A stretch of DNA of 61,309 nucleotides, filler included, from Hausera hauseri (Eukaryota), in NCBI GenBank assembly GCA_046269625.1. It is 7 parts of 7 records of this genome, joined end to end, with 100 filler letters (N's around TTAATTAATTAA, not from the genome) between each part and the next. Parts side by side here need not be neighbours in the genome. Positions count along the whole stretch, not along the records: positions 33,372 to 37,968 come from JBJURY010511683.1; positions 38,069 to 48,601 come from JBJURY010172194.1; 5 more parts are not named here. One strand, 5' to 3'. The translations under genes were made by a program, and so were the position numbers. The notes beneath the pieces are model-generated. The model worked only from the letters and a program-made list of their open reading frames with translations. It was not told where the DNA came from and ran no database searches. Of this stretch, positions 34,800-47,130 are shown one piece after another. Within the stretch, counting starts at the first letter, position 1. Each line of letters opens with the position of its first letter.

Positions 34800-37700
34800 C
34801 GCGCAGCCGCATCATGCGCATCAGGCCCATCAGGTGCATCAGGCATATCAGGCGCAGCGGCTCCATCAAAGTGAAAAAGACAGCGGCCAGTTGACGCGGC
34901 AGCATTAAACAGGAAATTCCGCAGATGTGTTATTGATGCAACTGACCAAACAACTATCAAGGAGTTCCTGGAATGTACAAAGGAAGAAACAGAGGGAATT
35001 CTCCAGGACAACATAGCTGAACTCAAGGCCCTTAAGGTTAATATGAAACTGGAGGCTGCATACATCAATGTTGATGACGAAAAATCCAATAGGGCTTTCA
35101 AAACCAAAAATAGGCCCATATTAGAAAACGCCAATATAACAGAGTGGCTGCATGAAGAGCATGCGAAGCTGATCCGTGAAGCTGAGGAGAGTCAGGATAA
35201 GAAGAGTGGATGGACTCTGGCAACCATCAAGCGATTGCTTGTGTATGTTTACAAGTACTCTCAAATGCAGGGCAGTTCTTATATTCAGCTTCCGGAGTGG
35301 ATCGCTAATAAAAAAGCGTGTCAATGTCCATAATAATGACAACATGTGTTTTATGTATGCCGTTTTATGTAAACTCATACGGAATCAAAAACATGCAGAA
35401 GATGGAATTTGGCTATATAATGATCTGAAGCACAACTATGACTTCTAATGTATTAAGTTCCCACCATCCATACATGAAGTATAGAAGTTCAGTCGAATCA
35501 ACAATATATCCATCAACATTATTGAATTGGATTATGAGGACAAATTTTATCCTCTGCAGATATATGATACTGAATTGGAGATCATAGGGATCTGCTCCTA
35601 CTAGACGATGAAGAAAAAAACCATTATGTGTGGATCAAGAACTTTGAGCGTCTAGTCAGATCCCAAATTACGAAACACACAAGAATCGAAATATGCAAAC
35701 AATGCTTTTCCCATTTCAGTGGTGATGCAGCAGTGGAGACGCTTGCAGAGCACAAGATGTACTTCAACAACAATTACTGTATTAGGCCAGAATTTTCCAA
35801 AGAGGATTACACTGAATTCAAGGAGTTCGAGAAGAAGCTCAAGGTCCCAATAGTTATCTATTGCGACTTTGAGGCTATTCAGCGTCCAGTTCAGACATGC
35901 ACTCCCAGTCCTCAATATAGCAGCACAACGGCATACCAATATCATGAACTCTTATCATATTGTGTGTATGCCAAAGGACTGGACATTAACCATTTCTATT
36001 CAGAGGTCCAGGTGCAGCAGCACATTTCATAAAACGACTTGAAGACGTGGCTTATAAGATTGGAGATTTGCAGTAGCAGCATAAAAATAATGTGAGCATG
36101 TCGAAGCAGCAAGAAGAAGAATGGCGCAAGGCAACAACATGTTACTTGTGCTCAAAATCATTCACTAAGGATAATTATAAAGTCAAGGATCATTGTCATT
36201 TTACAGATGCTATTGAGGGACAGCATGCAACAACTGCAATCTACGCTGCAAAACATGTACATATGTGCCTGTGGTGTTCCATTATCTCAGTGGCCATGAT
36301 TCCCATTTCATAGTCCGAGAATTAGGCAGCATTGAAGGAAACATTGAAGTGATCCCCAACAGTGAGGAAAACTACATACCTTTACTAAGCATGTGGGCAA
36401 AATCAGGCTTCACTACATAGACAGTTTCCGTTTCATGTCGTCTTCACTGGATAGTTTAGTGAAGAACCTCCTTGCAGAAGAACTCGAGAAGACGAAGCGG
36501 TTCTTCCCCACTGCATTTGACCTAGTCAATAGGAAAGGCGTGTTTCCTTATCACTACATAACCTCATGGGGAACACTGGACGAGACCTCATTGCCGGCCA
36601 AGAAGGACTTTTGCAATATCCTCTCTGATTACGATATCAGTAATGCTGACTACCAGCATGCTTAAAATGTCTGGCAGGCATTCCAATGCCAAACAATAGG
36701 GGAATACAGTGATATTTATCTCAAGACGGACGTGCTGCTGTTGACAGACGTCTTTCAGAGTTTCAGGAATATCACAATGAAGAGTCATGCATTGGATCAG
36801 GCTCATTTCTTCACGGCTTCAGGGATGAGCTGGGCAGCAATGCTAAGATATACTGGTGTTAGTCTGCAGATCATTAAGGATTACAACATTATCCTTATGG
36901 TCGAGAGAGGCATTCGAGGCGGAATATGCCAGGCCATTCACCGGTATATTTAGGCCAGTAACAAGTACATGGCCGAATACGACTCATCCAAGGAATCCTC
37001 ATATATGTCATACCTGGATGCCAACAACTTGTGCGTATGGGCAATGAGCGTCCCATTGTTATATAATAACTTTAAATGGGTCGAGAATCCTGAAAACATT
37101 CCTATATTGGACCTGGATCCCGCTGGAGATACGGAATATATACTGGAGGTGGATATGGAATATCCGGCTTCCATCCATGCAAGGCATCAACAGCTGCCAT
37201 TCCTCCCGGAGAGCAGGCCTCCGCCCCGTGGAAAGCATAGAAAGCTGCTCTGTCATCTGGGTAATAGGGAGAGGTATGTAGTTTACTACATCAATCTCCC
37301 GCAGGCAGTTAGACATGGAATTTGTATTACTAAGATCCATAGAGCCCTGCAGTTCAGCTAGTCCATGTGGCTGCAGCCCTACATAGATCTCAATACCAAG
37401 ATGCGAACTAATGCTAAGAACGATTTTTAGAAGGACCAGTTCAAGCTTTACAACAACTCGGTCTTTGACAAGACCATGGAGAATATCCGGAACAGGATCA
37501 ACATTGAAGTGGTATGTGACTGGAATCGAGCAAAGAAGCTTATTGCCAAGCCCAACTTCCACAGCAGCATCATATATGCTGAGAACTTGGTCAGCATCCA
37601 TATATTGGAAACTGCGTTGGTATTCAACAAGCCCATATATGTGGGTATGGCAATCCTTGACCTGTCAAAGACCCTGATGTATCATTTCTACTACGACATC

Positions 37701-37968
37701 ATGGTCCCCATGTTCAAGTCCATGCAGCTGATGTATATGGATTCTGATAGTTTCATCTATCAGATCCATACAGATTATATTTGTGAGGACTTTTCCCAGT
37801 TAACCCAACATATGGATACCGCGGTCTATCCGAAAAATCATCCCATCTATTCAGTTGCCAATAAGAAAATCCTAGAGAAATTTAAAGACAAGGTAAATGG
37901 AGCAATTATCTCGAGATTTGTAGCTCTCAGGTCCAAAATGTATGCTCTAGACATATGTGGTCAGATCA
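34800..37968 (+). pseudogene. polB: Second Polinton pPolB, heavily disrupted, truncated at the contig end
   Basis: Collinear with copy 1: KKSGWTL, DNMCF, YCDFE, CYLC...DHCH, RKGVFPY, YLDANNL, MENIRNR, YMDSDS, KFKD. Confidence 0.95.
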
Positions 37969-38068
37969 NNNNNNNNNNNNNNNNNNNNNNNNNNNNNNNN
38001 NNNNNNNNNNNNTTAATTAATTAANNNNNNNNNNNNNNNNNNNNNNNNNNNNNNNNNNNNNNNNNNNN
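37969..38068. other. Artificial contig linker
   Basis: N44-TTAATTAATTAA-N44. Confidence 0.98.
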
Positions 38069-38426
38069 ACTACTGGGTGTGTCCCGATTTCACGCATTCC
38101 TACGATGTTTGACATGGGTATTTCTAAAGTTCGACAATGCTATCGATGCGATATCCAGTTATGATATATCCATATAAACAATGTTCTATCTCGGCCTAAA
38201 CAAGTTTGATGTCTCTACCTCTTGAGAGTGTTTCCTTACGAATTCCTGTCGTATCATAATATTTCTCGCGAACGCGTTATCTCGGACTGATAATAGTACA
38301 ATATACTTCTGTTCCGTTCGTTTCTCGAACTGAGACTTCCATTGGGATCCTTTGTGCATCATCTCCTTCTCCACAATTGATTGCTATGATTCTGGTATTT
38401 CTGGCATCTTTCACTAGTCTATACGA

Positions 38427-38846
38427 TTACAAGAATGTGTCCAAATCCTTTTCTGACGTTACCTTGAACATTAATTTTATATGAAGGGCGGCTACTCTGA
38501 ATTCTAATTCATAATGCTGTAAATCTTTGCTACGTAAGCTAAGAGTACTGAATGTATATTGTCTTCCGTTGTTTGTGTTCCATTCTTGGTCTTTGAACCG
38601 ATAGTATGTCTCACCATCCGCCAGGTGGATATAAATATTCTGATGATGTTCGTATGTTTGGGCATCCTTGTCTTCTCTCATGGCGTAAAGGTAAACAATC
38701 CTATTTTCTTCCGTTATACCCTTTAAATTGTTAGGAATTTTACTGGTCTGATCATACTTCACGAAGGTGTTCTCATGCAAGTTGTTATTTATTTCTCTAT
38801 ATATTGATTTAGAATTAGGGAGAAGGATGGTAGCGTAATTCTGCAA
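38427..38846 (-). CDS. Hypothetical accessory ORF fragment 3' of the second membrane gene
   Basis: 139-aa open frame, co-oriented; splice-acceptor-like TTTATTTTTTAG at ~38979-38990. Confidence 0.4.
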   Translation of the reverse strand: MQNYATILLPNSKSIYREINNNLHENTFVKYDQTSKIPNNLKGITEENRIVYLYAMREDKDAQTYEHHQNIYIHLADGETYYRFKDQEWNTNNGRQYTFSTLSLRSKDLQHYELEFRVAALHIKLMFKVTSEKDLDTFL

Positions 38847-39074
38847 GAACTCGTCAATACTAAGTCGGCGTTTTCGTCATTTATCGATACTACATCGTTC
38901 TCGTTCTTGGATAGATCGTGGTTCGTCGATCCTAGATCATCCGGTATCCGTTTTCGTATTTCTCTCTTTACTCATCGGTCTAAAAAATAAACAGTAAGGG
39001 TTAATCTTACAACAAAGGATGGTTTTAAAATGAAACCAATTCTTTGTTAGATGATAGAATAACCCGATCTGTAA

Positions 39075-40510
39075 TTGTCAGGTTATTTTATCATATACGT
39101 ATTCTTGGGGTTCCAATACCTTTAGTTCCCATTCTAAATTTTTAGGACGCTTAGGACGACAATTTTTGGCAACTAATCGAAAAATCGCAATTAATATAAT
39201 GAGAACAAACGTTGATAGTATTCCAACGAATACGATTGGTAAGGTGGTCAATCTTAGTGGTGCTTGCGTGGTAACTAGAGTTGTGATTTCATTATCTATA
39301 TTTTCATATAATGGCGATCCTGTGCGGATTTCGTCTAGGGTACGTACTTTAATTGTTTGGCTTTGTTTATATTCTCTGCATATACTTACACTATGTATTC
39401 AGATTGTGGTTTTAGCAAATTGCATTCTGTCTGATAAATATTTTTAAGCAACGTTACAATTTGACCATTATATGTTGTTCAGCAATTTATATGTATATCG
39501 TAATTTTGTTTTTCTTCCACAAAGAACACAATTCTAAGTCGATATTTTGAATATGTAATAGGTACGCTTTCTAATTCCTTTTTAGTTATATTGTTCGACG
39601 TAACTGTTCTGGTAGTGGGACTAACTTTAGTGGTCGACTCTTCGGTCGTTGTTCCCACTGGAATTTTCCAAATTCAGTTTTCTGGATAGTAAGTTCGTAA
39701 CTGTGTACTCTGTTTATCGGGTCGTACCTCGTATAAGTCAAATTTTATCTTGAACTCCTGGTTCACGGGTATTTTACAACATGGATGTTGCACGCTTGCG
39801 TGAATAGAACAATATTCTATCTTAGGGGTCGGGCTTTTTATTGCTTCGAATGTGATGCTAATTTCTCGATTGACAGTTAGCTCTGTCCGGGCGTCTACTT
39901 GGATACATTGTTTTTCCCTGTTTACAGAGATTCTCTGGGTATTTTCGTCTAATAGCCTTATATCTGGGTCGGTGGATCGTAGCATTTCGTCAGGTTTTAT
40001 TCCATGATGTCTGTTCCATGCAGGAATGACTAATTGGAATTGTGGCTTTGTTTCGATATAAACTTCGGATGAGTCCGGTAGGTATAGGCGATAAGTAAGA
40101 TTGTAAGTTCGTCCAAAATCTATGTCGCAACACTGTGTATAATTTCCAGGTTCAAAGTCACAGTTTTTTACTTCTTGTGTCGTTACATCGTTTGAGACAA
40201 TTTGAAATCGTCCAAAATTATGGTGTGGCCTCCAAGCCTTAAATCCGATACATACGGAGTTTGGCGAAAAATAATGGATTGTCATTGATTGCAATAATTT
40301 AGTATCTTCTTGTTTTTGGATCTCCTCAGATGTTAATTCTTTTCTTTCCGGGATGTTTTTCGTCTTTACTCCGATTTTCCGTATTCCATATACGTCTCCT
40401 AGTGTAGACTCTTCATTCCACCATTGGGTTTGTGTCCTCGGAGTATAAGGAGCAATCAGTGACAGGGCTAGAACTATTTGAATGTATAATATTGGTCTGA
40501 CGATTATTGA
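39075..40510 (-). pseudogene. Type-I membrane protein in frame with the integrase C-terminus
   Basis: Hydrophobic signal PILYIQIVLALSLIA; two similar Cys-rich beta-type domains; Thr-rich stalk; TM LPIVFVGILSTFVLIILIAIF then basic RLVAKNCRPKRPK (~39140-39245). Frame is disrupted after 39674. Confidence 0.65.
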
Positions 40511-40559
40511 AGAAATCTTTGTTTCGTGTCTGCGTAAATTATAATGCTTGTTAGGTCGT

Positions 40560-41620
40560 ATTTCTGTTTTAACAACTAGTTGTATTGACACTACTTCTTT
40601 CCCGTTTTTGTTGATGTACACCTTAGTTGGTGTAGTCCTAACGATTTCATACGGTCCTCTGCCTGTACATGTCAATGTTAAAGACGTACCTTTTTTAGCT
40701 ACCGGATAATGTAAATAAACCCAATCTCCACTTTAAATCATGCGGTTTTGCTTTCTTATCATATTTCTTCTTAAATTGTTCTTGGTATCCATTAGATATT
40801 TTTTTGGTGATTTTACAACATTTTTGTAACCGTATCTGTAGTATTTCTGCAAAATTTTGTTCTAAATCCTCTGTGATATTTGTATATGGTATCATTCCTA
40901 AATCTGTGGGCAGTACTGCTTCCCGCCCGTACATCATGAAGAACGGTGTAAGTCCTGTCGCTGGATGTGGTGTAGTATTGATGGCGAATTGGGTACCTTC
41001 CAGAAATTCATCCCAATCCTTCTGGTCTTTTGCCACTACTGTGGATAGTATGCGTATGACGGTAGCATTCATTCGTTCGACCATCCCGTTACACTGGGGG
41101 TGATATGCAGTAGTGGTTAATCGTTCGATCTCAAATAGCTTGGTGATTTTTTCGAAAAGTTCACTCGTAAAGTTTTTTCCTCGATCTGTCAATATTTGAT
41201 CTGGCGGTCCATATCTGTAGATGATTTTCCTAACCACAGCTTCAGCTAGGGTTTTTGCTTTCTGGTCAATTAGCGCTATCAGTTCGACAAAATGAGTTAG
41301 TCGATCAATAGAGGTTAAGATATTTTTATTGTTTTTATGGCCTGTATGAAGCGGTCCTACGATATCCATTGACATGGCCTGCATAGGCCTATCCCGTACG
41401 TTAATTGGCTTTAACTCGGCCATGTAATTTTTTATCTTTTGTTTAGTCGCACATACTTTACAGGCACTCACCTAATTTTTTACATTGATATACATACTAG
41501 GCCAAAAATATTTATTTAGTATCCTTTCTAATGTCTTCTTCCAGCACGTGTCTGGCTAAATATGAATCATGTTCCGACATTAACACTTCGGTTTGTAACT
41601 CTTTTGGAATAACTATCAGT
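40560..41620 (-). pseudogene. int: Gypsy integrase
   Basis: H...H...CKVC, MDIVGPL, TDRGKNF, GMVERMN, and GPY motif (GRGPYEIV). Confidence 0.95.
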
Positions 41621-41899
41621 TTCCTTCCTTTTCGTTTGTAATACAAAATGTCTTCCTTGTTTTTATCATTTAAGACGCATTATTTATGTCCATGTCTGTG
41701 TAAATGTTTCTTTAATTGTCGTCCGTTTGGTATAATGTCTCTTTTGGCAAATTCTATAATCTGTTGGATGACTTTATCCTTTCTTTGCTCGGTATAGATT
41801 TTAATTGCTTGATCCATCGTTAGGGCGCGTTGGCGATCTATTACTTCTTCAAGTCGACTTTTCCTCATTACGGTAATTGCGCTTGTTTTGGTTTTTAAC

Positions 41900-43172
41900 C
41901 TTGATAATGCGTCGGCATCTACATGTTTATTTCCTGGCTTATACTGGAATTCGATGTTATATTTAGAGATTTCTTCGATTCATCTATTAAGTCTACATGT
42001 CGGGTTATTTGCTCGGAATTTTAGAGTCCTGATGGCCTTGTGATCAGTGACAATTATAATATTCTGTCCGTATACATAGACGTTGAAGTGTAGAAGTGCC
42101 TCTTTCACGGCTAGAGTTTCTAATTCGGTGACGGAATAATTTTTCTCAGCCTTCTTCAGGGAACGTCCTCCATAAACAATTGGGTGTTCTAATTCTTCAT
42201 TTTCTCTTTTCTGCGCCAATTCATATCCGATACTTTCTTTGCTGGCGTCTGTCTTGATTATAAAGGGTAAGCTAAAATCTGGATATCGTAAAACAGGTTC
42301 GCTTGTTAATATCTTCATCTCGTCGAAAGCTCTTTGTTCGACATCCGTCCATTTCAATTTTATTCCATTTTTAAGGAGACGATATAAAGGTGCATTGATT
42401 TTTGAGTTATCTGGCACATAGGTGACAAAATATCCGCAGAGTCCTAGCCAGTGCCTTAACTCTTTGGTTCTGTGGTTTCATGCAATCTGATATTTTATTT
42501 AATAATCATTTATCCGGTTTTGGTCTTTCTTCTCTAATTATATGGCCAAGGTAAGATACTGCGTTTTGAGCCCATTTACATTTCTTCAGATTTAATTTCA
42601 ATCCGGCTTGTTCCAATCGCATCAGCGTGTGTTCAATATTCTTCAAGTGTTCCTCTTCTGTTTTTGATGCTATAATTACATCGTCTAAGTATGCGAAGGC
42701 ATGGTCCAGTCCCATTAGCATCTGGCCCAGTAGTGACACCGAACGGCATGACATTAAATTCATACACTCCATCGTGTATTTCAAATGCCGTCTTATATCG
42801 ATCCTCATCCTCTATCTCTACTTGCCAGTATCCAGATTGTAAGTCCAGAGTAGTGAACCATTTTTCTCCCGAAAGTCTTTCCAAAGCCTCCTTTAATGAT
42901 GGTAAGGGGAAGGAATCCTTCATCATAAGGTTATTCAATGCTCTGTAGTCAATACGAAATCGATGTTTTGTACCTTTCTTTTTAACCATGAGGATCGGTG
43001 AATACCAAGATCTGTAACTGGGTCTAATTATATCGGCCTTAAGCATCCGTTCGACTTCCTTTGTTATCTCGGATCTCAGTGAATGCGGCGGGAGATACCA
43101 TTTAGGTATCTTCTGATCTTCAAGATCTATTTCTTCATTTGAACCGGGCTTTTTCTTAAGTGGAATAGTCAA
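41900..43172 (-). pseudogene. pol: Gypsy reverse transcriptase and RNase H
   Basis: IDYRALN, DSFPLP, LDLQSGYWQV, MPFG, AYLDDVII; TDASKESIG, YSVTELETLAV, TDHKAI. Confidence 0.95.
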
Positions 43173-43322
43173 TCTTAATGCTTTAGCCCTACCATATCCT
43201 CATCGTCTTTAGCGATCACTGATTTATAACGGCACAACAGTTCATAAAATCGACAATAAGATTCGGGAGAAAATTTAGTTTCTACATGAGGTGGAAATTC
43301 GGCATACTTATAAGGCTTTTCT

Positions 43323-43990
43323 TCAAGTTATAGACGATACCCTATAAGTATTTCCTAGAGTAGTATAAGCATGAAGCTTGACGGGAGTCGATGCATTATT
43401 TGCCATTCTGATCGGTATACGACCGGAGTCTACTCTTGTTAGTATGTTACTAAGTATTATATTCGGATTTAGTGTCTCTTTTGGTTCGAAATATACCGGT
43501 TGATCGTTGTCTTGCTGAATCTGCGCATAGATTATTAACTCTGTTTTCGGCGGAATGCTTTTGTTTACAGGCATCCATACCTCTCCAAATTTCCTTTTTT
43601 TGGCATTTTTCACACTTTTATTTGGTTCGATTTTTATTAATTTTCCTGTTTGTAAGTCGATTGCTATGTTTGGTAACCTTTTCAGTAGATCACATCCTAA
43701 GACTACGTCGTCGGTTAATTGTTCCATAACTGCAAATTCATGACGGAAAATTTGTCCAACTATTTGGACTGCTGGATTTTATTTAAACATCGGTTTCGAC
43801 ATTTGACCAAAAGCTCCTGTACTCCCTGGATCTTTTGTGGATGGTGGATATAATTGTCCTCTTAACGATTGAGGTATCGAATCGTTTTTAATGTAAACCA
43901 TTTTAGACCCTGTATCGATTAAGGCATAAACTTCCCAATCTTCGATAATGACTTTGGCCAAGGGTCTTCCTTCTATCACCGTTCCGAAAC
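43323..43990 (-). pseudogene. Aspartic protease plus PR-RT linker domain
   Basis: YALIDTGS and DVVLGCDLL. Confidence 0.9.
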
Positions 43991-44639
43991 AGCTTGATGC
44001 ATCCTTTGGGCGTTTAGTCGCCGATATCTTGTGTACATTGATTCGGATTTCTCGGGAGGATATTATGTCCTCTGCCAGTTGCTTTAACTCTCCATTTGGG
44101 TATAATTCATTGTTTTTTAGTTCTTCCTCTTCATGAGTACTGATTAATGGTTCTCGGTTCTTAGTGTGCGGTTCTTTGTTCCACAAGGTTCTTAACCTTG
44201 AGTTTTCCCAGACAGGCGATTTAGTCTCTATTTTTCGAGATTCTCTCGGGGAATACAACATCCTGAGATCATCCCCAGGCTGTCGGTAACACATTTTCCG
44301 TAAGACTCCGTAACGTTTCGTTCCTTCGTAAGGGTCTTCTACCTTAATTGTCCTTTTATAGATTTCCGTTTGATATGAACTCATTGATCGTTTGTCACAG
44401 TCTTCATAGACGGGCGCAGTAGGAGGTAGCATAGACAATGATGCTTTAATGAGAGTATGTCTTATGTCTATTTATCCCCGAAAGTGCTTCTCCTCCCTTA
44501 GGCTCGTCATCATCTGAATTATTTCTTCGTGTGTTAGGTTTCGTAAATTTCCGCTTGTACAAGAACATAGGCCTTCCCTTTTGTTTACGATTGTAATTCC
44601 CGACATGGCGTTCTAGGTCCGATTTCCATCTATTTTCTT

Positions 44640-46470
44640 CATATGCTTTTAAGAACTTTCAAAAGGGCGTTATTATTGCAGTCAATATTTTACATGAAAA
44701 TCCAGTCAATGTAAATATTTCGTACCCACTAATTACTGCTTGGATGACTGCCTTGATCATTTGAATTAGTAAATATATTGCCAACAATCCAGATGCTGCT
44801 TGTCCGAAAATTAAAAGTCTTCCCCAAATTTTGTAAAGTATTTCTGTGGTTACTCGTTGGTAATGGTTTACACCAAGTAAGGATTCCCATTTAGCCTGAT
44901 ATCGTGTATCGTCTACTACCGATGCCATGGCTCGGTTTAGTTCATATGTTCGTTGTCGCAGAAAGCGAAGAATTGTCTGAAGGCTTCGATTTCCTTAGGC
45001 CTGTATATGCCTTTCGACGAGGTATCTTGAAATTTATCGTCCGTAATTTCTTTCGCAAGATTTGTTCTTGTTAGTTTATTTGGAGCGGTAGTAATACCTC
45101 CGTTTGGTAAACTAATCCAGTCTGTTTCACGCCGTCTAAACATAGGTTCTCCTAAGCTTGCCTTACAATCTTTAAGAATGGTTGGCTGGGTTGCATTATC
45201 CAATAATACTCTCTTCAACGGTGTAGCTGACCTGGGAGTATTCTGATAAATAACAGGGAGTTCCTGAATGCAACATTTTTCCTCGACGTTGATAGGTACA
45301 TCTCTCTTCGTATTCGTAGGTCAACAGTACCTCGCCCGTGACCCGACCGAAAATTTCTCTCAGGAATTGTTGGAGACGCCAATTCCGGGTTGGCGTATAT
45401 AAGGGCCAATTTCGTCCTCATGATCTCCGTATCTAATTTGCAGTCATTCGTTATCATTTTGTGATGTAACTCCGTTATTCCGACTTATCTTTTGTAATAA
45501 AAGTAATCATCTCTGTTCTTTAAATAATCCTCAATCCGGATATCCTGTGTTTCCAACTTATAGGTCTTCGCATTTATCTCGGTTTCGGCGATAAAGAATG
45601 CCTCACAGATAGTAGCGAACATTACTATGTCACAAGGGGAAATCATCTCCTTTTTAATAAATTTCAGTCCATGCTGATCCGAGACTAATATAGTGGGTGT
45701 AGAGTGTCCCGATAAGTCTTCACTTGTCCTTGAGTTGGTATCAGATTTATTCACATATAGCTTTCCGGTAGTTTCACTAAACTTCAGTTCCTTAATTTTA
45801 ATAAAATTACAACTTCTTCCAGAGAGAGGTTCCCATATTATAACAGAACTTCTAAAAGCAAAGGTTCGGTCTGGTAAATGACACTTTTGATTCTCGGTGT
45901 ATAACTTGGTGACACTATGGAACATTATTTTCTGTGATCGCATCTCCGATTCGTAGAAATCCACGACTACCACGTTTGCTTGTAATCCTTTTCCGGTGTC
46001 GTATTCCGCTTCGTAACAATGTCTGCTATGCATATCTAACCTTCCGACCATTACTTTGTATGCCCTAATTATCTCTCCTGGTTGCATTTCTAATTCCATA
46101 TTGTCCCATTGTACTCTTCCGGTCTCCTTAGCCTGTCTGCAGTGCTGGCGTTCTAAGTTCATTGAGATTAGAGGAGTTCTTGGTTTGATTATTGAGGAAT
46201 GTCCGTGTACTAACCCATAGTGAGAAATGCTACGAGATCGTCTGAGCATACATTTAATTCCGTCTAACGATATCAATTCTTGTTGTTGGTACAGGAAGTA
46301 ATTTTTCTCTCTCGTTTCCAACTTGTGCGGCTTGGCATCTTCGCATACCTCTAAATCCGTTAGGGAATATCTCTGCCCTAGTTTAAATTTATCTCAATCG
46401 TAGACGGTAACAGAGCCTATTTGCTTTATTAGCATTATCAAGGTGAGGAGGTTAATTAACCAAAATGATT
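44640..46470 (-). pseudogene. env: Chuvirus-like (class III, gB-like) envelope glycoprotein, fragmented
   Basis: Signal peptide then VTVYD*...YSLTDLEVC...YFLYQ...IKCML; GIYRPKEIEAFRQF; C-terminal WGRLLIFGQAASGLLAIYLLIQMIKAVIQAVISGY...GFSCKILTAI membrane region. Confidence 0.85.
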
Positions 46471-47130
46471 CACTTTTCCGGAGGCTAATATCCGTGGTTG
46501 TCAAATTTCGTAACATATCGTCGAGTCTATTACTATTACTGGTCCGTTTGTCTTCTTCCTTGTCAAATAGTCTTGACCAAGTTACTTTGTGGGGCAGCTT
46601 CTTCGCTGTTCTTCGTGCTAAGCTTATAGCTCTGTTGATTTCATTCTGTCGATTAGGGATTATTTTGATATTTAAATATAGTAATACTTTTCTTAATTCT
46701 TCGTGGGTGTTTTCCACAATGATCTTTTCGATTACCGCTTCGTTAGTTAAGTTAATTTTTAATAGTTTAAAACGTGAACTTCTCATCATTCTAGCTGCAT
46801 TATATATTACTTTTTTCTTTATCATCTAGTGTGTAACCCCGAAAGCTCGAATAATTTACAATTCGTATCAAGTTCTTCACTAATTCATTTAATTCTTCAT
46901 TGTCGGTACTGAAAGTCGGAATCGACATTTGTCTCAATGCCTAACCAATTCTCCATTATAGTCAACCCCCTCTTGCATCTTTTTAGGCCTACCGACTGGA
47001 TGTTTCTATCTTTGGACATTGGCTGTTACTTCACTCAATGGTACTAAATTCTTGACGTATTGTTCCTTATCCTCATCCGTCTGTAAATACTTGAAATACA
47101 TTGCAGCATCTCGGACTCCCATAATTTGTC

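Noticed and set aside
43323-43600. Possible dUTPase between PR and RT
   Set aside because: No dUTPase catalytic motifs; it resembles the common beta-rich PR-RT linker of animal Gypsy elements.
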